DNA from: Rhynchopus sp. YZ270_cl-10
Taxonomy: Eukaryota
Length of the DNA stretch: 64,000 nucleotides
Direction: 5' to 3'
Assembly (NCBI GenBank): GCA_964035575.1
Contig: OZ037834.1
Location: forward strand, 2,232,001 to 2,296,000
Part shown: one piece after another, positions 36,738 to 46,558 of the stretch
How the letters are laid out: each line of letters starts with the position of its first letter
How positions within the stretch are numbered: position 1 is the stretch's first letter
Notes under the pieces: generated by a model
Databases searched by the model: none
Seen by the model: only the letters and a program-made list of their open reading frames with translations
What the model was told of the DNA's origin: nothing
Made by a program: the position numbers and the translations under genes

Positions 36738-37897
36738 GTCATGATCTATTTTTGTTTTTCTTTCCGACCTTTCTTGTCACCCACATTCCCCTCTTTTTAG
36801 GTTGAATCTAATTTTCAACGTATTTGGTGGCTAAGCACGAGAAAAGATCTCATATCACCTGACGTATTTCTTTCTTTTGATTACAACAGTAGATGCCTCG
36901 AATACCCTTTTTTCATTCAACCCCATTGCATTTGCCTGGAACCTTTTCTTATTATTCACCATTATATTTTGTTTTCTGCAGATGTGTGTCTGTTCTCTTC
37001 GTACGACGTTTCTCGGTCAGAGCCGAGTTGTCCCCTTTATGTCTTCTTGTCTTCTCAACGCAGCCTTGGGAGACCCTCAGGATACAATTACTATTTGGGT
37101 GACTAAACAGAGAGACGCTAGGACTCATCTCACCAAACTTTCCCGTTTTTTTTTGTTTTTGTTTTTTTGTTCCGCGCCACTCCTGCATCCAGGAGGTGTG
37201 TGCGTACGATGTTCGAAATTTTTTTCCCTTTGTTCTTTGTTTTCCGTTCACCTGAATTGAAAGCATACTACCAGAGACGCAGGCTTATCTCTCAAACTTT
37301 CTTATAAACACCCCCAATAGACTCTGTGAAAAACTTCTTTTTTCTTTTTTCGTGCGTTCGGTCCCTCCCTCGTTACTGAACGGCACCACACACCATTGTT
37401 TTTTTTCAACACAAAAGCCTGACCTGAAAAACCCATGCAGGCAACTCCGATTATGGCGGATGTGCCTTGTGGGCAGGTCTTTTTTTCTTGAGTATTTCCA
37501 AATGCTTTTGGCTTTAGACGCGTTCTTCACCCGGAAAATGAAATAACCATATTGTAGGAAGGAAAGCCTGACAAAAGGCGACACCTTGACACAACCAATA
37601 TGTCCTTGAAATAAAGAATTGTAATGTGGCCCCTTTCGGGATTACTTTAGGTTCTATCAAAATTTTTTGAACGGTGAGAAAGCAAACAAATAAATACGAC
37701 ATTTTTCGACTTCGTTTTAACAAGACAGTGTTTTTCCGCCCTCTCATGGAAACAGCACAAAAACAGAGCACAACCACCTACTTTTTCACTTCCGACCCTC
37801 TTATTGCAACCTCGTCCCGCACATCCCGCCACAAGCTTGATTCCTCCCTCAACACCACACACCACATAGACCTCATATTGCGACTTCAGTATCATCA

Positions 37898-38617
37898 ATG
37901 GCACGCTTCGTTCCTTTAGTGAGCATGTGTGTTGCGGTTACGGCGACAACGCCCCTCCCACCCACACCGTCAATAACAATGGTGGCGCCTGCCCCCGCAT
38001 CCTCAGCAGCCTACATCGGGCCCTTGGTGGATGGGATGACCGGGTGGGACACAGGGCTTGAGGGACCTTCGAGGTTGTATGACTTCCCAAAGTACTACCA
38101 GACGGGGTTTGTTGCACTGGTGCCGGAGGCGATGAAGCTGGTGAAGGACACGGAGGTGACGTTCACCTGTCCTGTGGGACACGACGGGGACTGCGACGCT
38201 GCGGTGTTCTTGTACACATGCACGCCCTGTGCACATGAAGACGGACGTGTGCCACAAACGCTTGCGCAGGCAGGATTCGAGCGCACCGCGTGTGGGCCCA
38301 ACTTCGGGACCGGGAGGGCCAGAGATCCTGTTTACCTTCGTCACGGGCAAGCACACCACATGGCGTCGCACAGGATGGCGATGGCGGCAGGCACGACGTA
38401 CACCCTCACACTTGAGGGGGACGCAGAATGGCTTGCCTTCGCCATCAGCGAGAAGGCGGTCACCGACTGCTCTGCTTTGGGTGTGTCGGAGTGCGGATCT
38501 TCTGCGGGTCTTTGCCAGTGGAAGAACAACGAGTGCATTGCTAACCTGTGCCACATTCGCTACGGACCGTTCACTGGGTGCCTGCCCGGATCTTGTGTCG
38601 ACAGAGACTTTGTCTGA
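37898..38617 (+). CDS. Secreted Cys-rich family paralog 4 (239 aa), no PAN repeats
   Basis: Near-identical to paralog 3, within a ~1.9-kb tandem duplication that includes the flanks. Confidence 0.9.
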   Translation: MARFVPLVSMCVAVTATTPLPPTPSITMVAPAPASSAAYIGPLVDGMTGWDTGLEGPSRLYDFPKYYQTGFVALVPEAMKLVKDTEVTFTCPVGHDGDCDAAVFLYTCTPCAHEDGRVPQTLAQAGFERTACGPNFGTGRARDPVYLRHGQAHHMASHRMAMAAGTTYTLTLEGDAEWLAFAISEKAVTDCSALGVSECGSSAGLCQWKNNECIANLCHIRYGPFTGCLPGSCVDRDFV

Positions 38618-40380
38618 GTCATGATCTATTTTTGTTTTTTCTTTCCGACCTTTCCTGTCACCCACCTTCCCCTCTTTTTAGGTTGAATCTAATTTTCAAC
38701 GTATTTGGTGCTAAACACGAGAAAAGATCTCATATCACCTGACGTATTTCATTCAACCCTATTGCATTTGCCTGGAACCTTTTCTTAATAGTTGTCCCCT
38801 TTATGTCTTCTTGTCTTCTCAACGCAGCCTTGGGAGACCCTCAGGATACAATTACTATTTGGGTGACTAAACAGAGAGATCTCACCAAACTTTCCTGTTT
38901 TTTTGTTTTTTTTTTGTTTTTTTTGTTTCGTACCACTCCTGCATCCAGGAGGTGTGTGCGTACGATGTTCGAAAAATTTTCCTCTTTTGGTGCTTTAGGA
39001 AATAGGTCAATATCGGCCCCTCGGAGCACCGCCTTTGTTCTTTGTTTTCTGTTCACCTGAATTGAAAGCATACTACCAGAGACGCAGGCTTATCTCTCAA
39101 ACTTTCTTATAAAACACCCCCAATAGACTCTGTGGAAACCTTCTCTTTCTTTCTTGCTTTACTTGCGTTCGGTCCCTCCCTCGTTACTGAACGGTACACA
39201 ACATTTTTTTCTTATCCAACACAAAAGCCTGACCTGAAAAACCCATGCAGGCAACTCCGATTATGGCGGATGTGCCTTGTGGGCAGGTCTTTTTTTTCTT
39301 GAGTATTTCCAAATGCTTTTGGCTTTAGACGCGTTCTTCACCCGGAAAATGAAATAACCATATTGTAGGAAGGAAAGCCTAACAAAAGGCGACACCTTGA
39401 CACAACCAATATGTCCTTGAAATAAAGAATTGTAATGTGGCCCCTTTCGGGATTACTTTAGGTTCTATCAAAATTTTTTGAACGGTGAGAAAGCAAACAA
39501 AAATAAATACGGCATTTTTTGAGTGAGTTTTAACAAGACAGCATTTTTCCGCCCTCTCATGGAAACAGCACAAAAACAGAGCACAACAGATACAACCAAC
39601 CACCTACTTTTTCGATTCCCGCCCTCATATTTGCACTTCGTCCCTCACATCCCTCCACAAGCATGTAAAAACGGGGTTCATTTTTTTTTACACAAAAAAC
39701 TATGTTAAGACGAAATCCTACCGATGTGCCTACATGGGGCGTCCCCCGTTAGTAGTGCGCCAGATGAGGGGCATGAAGCGAAAAGCGGCTAAAGGTGCAG
39801 GCCTGTGTTGCAGCACAGGTCTGGAGAGTTGAGGCAACTCGCCTGCTGAGCGTGAGAGGAATCAAGGCAGAGGTTCGCTGTCCAAGTAAAACCTACCCTG
39901 GTCATCCTCTGCCTGTTTTGTTTTCTGTCGTGATTGTTTGTGTTTGTGGGCGGGATCAGATGGGTGGAGGGTGTTTGCTTTTTGTTTAGCTTGGAGAAGG
40001 GCCACTCTCGCACACTCCTTGTTATCTATCATCTAGTTTCATTTTTTCATGCATCCCCAAAGTATGTAGACAGAGAGTCAAGACCACCTTGGCCAAAAGG
40101 GTTTTTTCACCACACTTTTCTTTTGCTTCCATTCGTGGAAGCGTTTGCTTTTCTTCTGTTCCTGGCCTGACGTGTGTTCAACAGGTGTGCTATTTTTACT
40201 GAGTGGAATCCATTTTTCTTTTTCCAGGTGAGGCACTAAAACAAGACATCCTGCAGACAACGAAACAATGGGCACGTGTGTTTTTTATTCTCCCTTCCCT
40301 TCTTTTAAGTAAGGAGGATTAGGTCTTCTTTTTTTCCTTTTTTTGCCCCATAAGTGTGACGCCTGTGTATTCAAATTGAT

Positions 40381-40997
40381 TGGCGCCTGCCCCCGCATCC
40401 TCAGCAGCCTACACCGGGCCCTTGGTGGAGGGGATGACTGGGTGGGACACAGGGCTTGAGGGACCTTCGAGGTTGTACGACTTCCCGACGTACTACCAGA
40501 CGGGGTTTGTTGCACTGGTGCCAGAGGCGATGAAGCTGGTGAAGGACACGATGGTGACGTTCACCTGTCCTGTGGCATACCCCCACGGGCACTGCGACGC
40601 TGTGGTGTTCATGTACTCCTGCACACCCTGCCCACATGAAGACGGACGTGTTGCAGAAACGCTTGCGCAGGCAGGATTCGAGCGCACCGCATGCGGGCCC
40701 AACTTCGGGACCGGGAAGGCCTCAGCTCTTTCGCACCACATGGTGTCGCACAGGATGGTGATGGCGACGGGCACGACGTACACCCTCACACTTGAGGGGG
40801 ACGCAGAATGGCTTATGTTCGCCATCAACCGGAAGGCACCCACCGACTGCTCTGCTTTGGGTGTGTCGGAGTGCGGATCTTCTGCGGGTCTTTGCCAGTG
40901 GAAGAACAACGAGTGCATTACAAACCTGTGCCACATTCGCTACGGACCGTTCACTGGGTGCCTGCCCTTTACTTGTGTCGACAGAGACTTTGTCTGA
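40381..40997 (+). pseudogene. Secreted Cys-rich family paralog 5, 5'-truncated (lost ATG and signal peptide)
   Basis: Homology starts abruptly at tggcgcctgcc (40381); 39663-40380 is unrelated sequence. The frame is open to the stop and the first in-frame ATG is at 40434. Confidence 0.7.
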
Positions 40998-41914
40998 GTC
41001 ATGATCTATTTTTGTTTTTCTTTCCGACCTTTCCTGTCACCCACATTCCCCTCTTTTTAGGTTGAATCTAATTTTCAACGTATTTGGTGACTGAACACGA
41101 GAAAACATCTCTTCTCACCTGACGTACGAGTTGTCCCCTTTATGTCTTCTTGTAACGTAGCCTTGGGAGACCCTCAGGATATCTGCCCCCCTCCTGCTCT
41201 CTTGTCTCGACAATCGTGCACTAAGCGTTGGCTGGCTGCACTCTGCACTCCGAATGGAGTACTGTAAGCTTACAACTAGCAGCAAACGTAACCACTTTCC
41301 TGGGGTGAAATACAATGCCCACCCTGAGAAATTTGTTCATCTGGCCAATAAGGACAGGTGTCTCAGGGGCAGCACTCTGTTTTTGCGCACTTCAGCACGC
41401 GCCTGTAAGGGCTGTCCTGATTGACCTTTCCGGTAACTAGTGAATGCTGCCTGAGTTTAAATTTTTTAAAAGACAGTGGAGCTGCACAGGTGGCCACACT
41501 CTTTCCAACAATTCTTCAAAAAGAAAAAAAGAAATACAAAAAGCCACCTACTTTTTCAATTGCCACCCTCTTCTTTCTGCAACTTCGTCCCTCACATCCT
41601 ACCACAAGCATGTTCTCTTACCAACGTGGTGAGGGGTGGCATTTTACCACCTCCACAGTGTTGATACGAGGTTTGAGAGTGGAAGGACAAAATGTATCCC
41701 ATTCATCACTCTCGTGGGTATATTTTCATGCAGCAGAATGCCCACCAATCTTTCGAAATGACTCCGTCACTGCACGGATATACTCTAGACAACGCCAATA
41801 ACAACGTTTTTCGAGCATTTGTTCGGGGTTGAAACCCTGCAAAATGGGGTATTTCTTGTCCTCCACACCCCACCACCACACACAGAGCTCATAACACAAA
41901 ACCACAACAAACAA

Positions 41915-42997
41915 ATGGACGTACACTTCGAGGATTTCAGAGCGAATCAGCACACAGTCGAGGTGGGTGCAGATGACACAGCGGAGGACATGCGGCGGAA
42001 GGTGGCGTCTGCAATGAGGCTGCCTGAAGACAGCTTTTGCATGAGTTTCGGAGTCCAAGCGCTGGGCGAAGGATACGACATGACGCAGCTGAGTGCTGGT
42101 GACACAATCATGCTGACGAAGTCGCTGAAGTACGAAGCTGTTGCAGAACTTCATGCGTTGGGTGAGACTGATTTAACAGAAGAGAGGTTGGAGGAGGTGA
42201 AGGATCCGAAGGTGGCGTGTTTGTTTCTGCAGGCGGAGGTTGTGGATTTTATTCCTGATGACTTCTTTTCAGGCACTTTGTTGAGGAGACTTGATCTCAG
42301 TGCCGAGTCCATTGTGACTGACATTGGAAAAAAGTTTCTTGCTGACTGCACCTCGTTAACAAGTATTGACCTGTCTGGGTTGAGCAATGTTACGTACATT
42401 TCTCTAGGCTTTCTCTCCGGCTGCGAAGCTTTAACCACCATAGATTTAGTGCCTCTCGTCAATTTGTCGCAAGTGGGTGAAAGTTTTCTTTCGAACTGCA
42501 GCAAATTAACAAACCTCGATTTGTCCCCACTCCGCAACGTGTCGCATATTGAGAGCGGCTTTCTTTGCGGCTGCGAGAGCTTACCCACCATCGATTTATC
42601 TCCACTCAGCAATGTAACGCAGGTGGGTGCATATTTTCTTTCGGACTGCACCAGCTTGACGACCCTGGATTTGTCCCCACTCAGCAACGTGACGCAGATT
42701 GGTCGCGGCTTTCTTATCAACTGCGATAGCTTAAGGAACATCGATTTATCTCCACTCAGCAATGTGACGACTATCGGTGTGCGTCGTGACAGTAAAGCTA
42801 CGGAATTTGCTGCTCGATGCACTTCGTTGACGAGTATTTACCTTTCCGGCTGCAGCAGTGTTGTGTCCAACGAAGTGAGGAAAAGCAAGAAGCTGAGCCA
42901 GCTTGTGATTTTAAAACGTCTGAAACGCAGCAGAGACGAATCCCCCGAGCAAGCCCGCAAACTACAGAGACACAAGAAGCGACGGGGACACGCATGA
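41915..42997 (+). CDS. Ubiquitin-like domain + BspA/TpLRR-like leucine-rich repeat protein (360 aa) with a basic C-terminal tail
   Basis: ATG at 41915. UBL segment DTAEDMRRKVA...LSAGDTIML; ~7 24-aa repeats of the type DLSPLSNVTQIGxxFLSxCTSLTT; basic tail LKRLKRSR...HKKRR. Confidence 0.88.
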   Translation: MDVHFEDFRANQHTVEVGADDTAEDMRRKVASAMRLPEDSFCMSFGVQALGEGYDMTQLSAGDTIMLTKSLKYEAVAELHALGETDLTEERLEEVKDPKVACLFLQAEVVDFIPDDFFSGTLLRRLDLSAESIVTDIGKKFLADCTSLTSIDLSGLSNVTYISLGFLSGCEALTTIDLVPLVNLSQVGESFLSNCSKLTNLDLSPLRNVSHIESGFLCGCESLPTIDLSPLSNVTQVGAYFLSDCTSLTTLDLSPLSNVTQIGRGFLINCDSLRNIDLSPLSNVTTIGVRRDSKATEFAARCTSLTSIYLSGCSSVVSNEVRKSKKLSQLVILKRLKRSRDESPEQARKLQRHKKRRGHA

Positions 42998-44088
42998 TGA
43001 CGATGTGGTGTGCTGGTGGCAGGGCAGCACCTCCCTGAGGTCGAGGGTCTCGAGAAATATGTCTGCCGCGTGCCTTTGGTTCAGAGAAGAAGAGGGGCAC
43101 ATCGTGGCACAGACTACTACTTGGTACGAGAGGGGAGCTGTGGTGAGCAGGACGTTCCGCAAGTTGTGTTATTTGACGCCGTGCGGCAAAAACAATCCCC
43201 CCAAAAACTGGTGTGGCTGAAAGGGGTGTGCTATTTTTGTGCTATTTTCTGCTACTTTCTGCTATTTTGGGGTTGTCAGCCACACCAAAACCTCTCTGTC
43301 TTATTCGTTATTCAACGTACCTCCCTTCCCCAGCCCCCCCCCCCCTTTTTTTCTGTATTTCACTACTGAACTCCTTGACACACGTCTTGTTGCAGTATTC
43401 ATGGCCACAAGACAGAAGCAGTTTGGCAGCATTGACAGTATATGCAGTGCATTTACAACTGAAGATCTGGACAGACATGAAAATCCCAACAATTCAATCA
43501 TCTGAGAAACCCACAGTGTTGATGTCGAACCCCTTTAGGTTCACTCCCGAACCTCTTGAGGCTTGAGGTTCAGCTTAGAATCTCTTTGTCTCTTCATATC
43601 GCCTGCCCAGCTGTCCGCGATTCCTTCCATTTCGATCTTGGTGGGTCGAGGTACCGCTACAAGCTTTGTTTGGCGTGAGCGAGCTTCGCTGCTTGGCCAC
43701 AAGACTGGCTATGAAACGGGCAGAGGACTCCAACCGGACCGTACATCACACAGGATTCATGTTCTGTGTTTGCAATGATCCCCGTTCATCTGGCTGATGA
43801 GTCGAAGCGGGAGTAGCACATATCAGATGCAAACCACGAAATGGGTGTACTACATGGTTAGGGTCCACCCCGGTACACCCGATCATGTACCAAGGTACAC
43901 TCACGACCCAGTGACAAGCGGGCTGTTGTATTCAAGTCAACAGATTTTCGCTTCTTTACACTTCACACTAAACACGACAGAAGGTGCCACGCACCCACAC
44001 AACCAACTTCTTTTAGGTGAGAGAGTCACCTTTTCTGAACCCCCACACATTTGTTTCATGAACCCTGCTTTGTAGCCCAAACCATATC

Positions 44089-45111
44089 ATGCTGGTCTCC
44101 AACCCTCGTGTGCTGCGGCAGAGCAAACCACAGTACCACTTTGGGCGTATTGCGACTGCAGGCGAAATGGATGCAGCACGTGAACTGCTGCACACAAGCT
44201 TCTCAGCGGCGTCACGTAGAGACGTCAACTCGCTGCTCCAAGACGGCGCTTATGAACCCGAAAAGGCAGGCGGCAGAAAGCACGTCCGCAAGCTCGGGAA
44301 GCCCCTCAACATCGCGGTGTACGAGGACACAGACGAGGCTGTCTGGCCTGTCTCCAGCATCTCCCAGCACATCCCCCTTGGGGAGCGACGTTGCCGCATC
44401 GTAGCATGCCTGCTCGCACAGCCCTCCTGCAGCAGCTGTGTGCACATCATCTACGCAGCGACACACCCAGAGCACAGAAAGCGTGGCCTCATGCGGAGCC
44501 TCATAGAGCACGTCGAGTCGCTGGGTCTGCCAATCATCGTTCATGCGATAGAGCACGCTGAGCCCTTCTGGCATAAGCTTGGCCGCACCGAGACTGTTGC
44601 CGCGCTCCGTCTCAACCCCCGCTGTGGATCTGGCGCGTCCATGAGCGATACCCGCCTCCTCGTCTCCCCCGCCGACCTTCGTCGTGTTACAGGAGACAAA
44701 GACACCCTGCTCGGCACCTCCACACCACCCGAGCCCTCACCACAGAACCCCCCCGAGGGCATCCAGTTCACCTCGCCGGTCACCGGGGAGAAGCTGTGGG
44801 ATCGGATCTTCCACAGAACCGAGAAAAACAAACGCGATGTCTGCTTAGCACGGCGCTTTGTCAAGCGGAGGAGGACAAAGAGTGGGGCGGTACGTGGAGG
44901 GTCCGAAGTGGACCCGGACACAGAGCCGCACGTAGTGGATGATACGACAGACGAAGCTGCAGACACGCCATCATCATCTGCAAGTACCCGTGTGAACGAC
45001 GTTGTTCAATCGCAGAAACCCCCTCATCTCACTAAGAACCCTTTATTAGACTTCACCCCGCCATGGTGGCAGCAACTACATGTAGAAACTCATAGGGGGT
45101 TGGTCAATTGA
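44089..45111 (+). CDS. GNAT-family acetyltransferase (340 aa)
   Basis: Motif A HIIYAATHPEHRKRGLMRSLI and motif B AEPFWHKLG. Confidence 0.82.
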   Translation: MLVSNPRVLRQSKPQYHFGRIATAGEMDAARELLHTSFSAASRRDVNSLLQDGAYEPEKAGGRKHVRKLGKPLNIAVYEDTDEAVWPVSSISQHIPLGERRCRIVACLLAQPSCSSCVHIIYAATHPEHRKRGLMRSLIEHVESLGLPIIVHAIEHAEPFWHKLGRTETVAALRLNPRCGSGASMSDTRLLVSPADLRRVTGDKDTLLGTSTPPEPSPQNPPEGIQFTSPVTGEKLWDRIFHRTEKNKRDVCLARRFVKRRRTKSGAVRGGSEVDPDTEPHVVDDTTDEAADTPSSSASTRVNDVVQSQKPPHLTKNPLLDFTPPWWQQLHVETHRGLVN

Positions 45112-46221
45112 GGCGAGGGGACACGGGTAGAGGGGTTCAGGGGGTAGGGAGGGAAGTGTGTGTGTGTTTTTTTAGATCATTTTAATAAGAATTTTTTTTG
45201 GTAGAGCAAAAGCCTCCTCCATGTAAGAGGTGTTTTTAGTGTCGAATTCACTTTTTTTTTTGTTTTGTTTTTTGATTTGTTTTATAATAATGACAACGTG
45301 TAGATATGTGAACTCCTCGCAGCCAGTCACCTCTTTTTTTCAAGTGTACGGTTTCATATTTCCAACACTTTTGTTTAATTTTGCATATTTGCAGAAAAGT
45401 GTCACGTCATTCAAATCACCCTAACTCCGCAACACCTCTACCCTACAAGGTGTGCAGGTAGTGTGTGGATCAAACAACTACAAGAACGGGGGTAATGGAA
45501 CGGTGACACCATTTAAACGTTTCGAAGCCCTTTTTGGGTTACTTCTTTTTTGGGGTACGAGCCTGCCTTTTTTGGTGATTTGTCTGCGACAAAAAAAATA
45601 AGATACAAAATATGCGAATGCTGCTTGAATATACAAAAATAAAAGAAAAAAATGCTGCTCTCTAGAGTTGCGGACGATTTGCTGTCAAGAAAGCTTACCA
45701 TTTTTTTACAACAGCCTTCTACGCTGTGTGCAGGCCTCTCCATCTCAGGCGGTTCAGTAGATACGAACAACAATAACAAAAAAAACATAACACTTTAGAG
45801 TTTCCCTCCGTCTCCCAAACACGGTAAAGAAAGGGCGCGTTTTTTTTCTTTTTTTTGAAAATCAGTGGTGCTGCCAAAATTCCTGGTGTTGTCCATACAG
45901 GGTGTGGGATTGAAAGCAGGTGTGGGTAGTTCCCCTGCCTCCTGTGGACCATGTGTCCATGTGTGTGTGTGCCACCTAGCCAAGAGTAACTCACTCAAAG
46001 GGGGAGGGCAGACAACACCCTTCCGAAGGTTCCTGAGTTGCACCTCTATGTGCCCGCTCTCGTGGAGAGGTGTTCCACACACCCAGGCCCAGAAGGGGTG
46101 CATTTGGACAACCATGTTTTTTTTTTTGGGGCTTTTGTTCCTTTAAAAAAAACCTCAAAAAGCAGTGGGGCAGGACGTCTTCCTGTCTATTCCTCAACAA
46201 AAAAATAGCATTTTTTTATAC

Positions 46222-46287
46222 GCACACTACTTTGTGAGCGGAAAGTGACATCGTCGTTCGCTCACCCAACCGTGCTCCGCAACACCA
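46222..46287 (+). ncRNA. Candidate single-hairpin H/ACA-like RNA or short repeat (second copy at 52795-52860)
   Basis: Lower stem gcac/gtgc, internal loop, upper stem gtgagcgga/ttcgctcac, and ACA ~16 nt downstream of the upper stem. One copy lies inside the snoRNA array. Confidence 0.35.
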
Positions 46288-46558
46288 CCCAACAAGTGTG
46301 AGATTAGTGTGTACGCATCAAACAACTACAAGAAGGGGGGTGAGGGAACGACAAGTGTCACTTTTTTTTTTTGACCGTGCTCTTTTAGCACGCCCAAAAA
46401 CCCCCCCATTTTTTCGAGGACCGAACCTCCTCTCTCCGGGTTGGTTGATTGAGTCGACACGAAAAAAAAAAAAAAGCAATTTTTCTGCAAAAAAATAATT
46501 TCACCACACCTCTTCTCTATACCTCACCCTCTCTCCAACCCACCTGCACCTCCAGAAA

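Noticed and set aside
42994..43038. ATGATGA...CTGA as another C/D snoRNA
   Set aside because: Only ~45 nt, overlaps the UBL-LRR stop codon, and has no recognisable guide.
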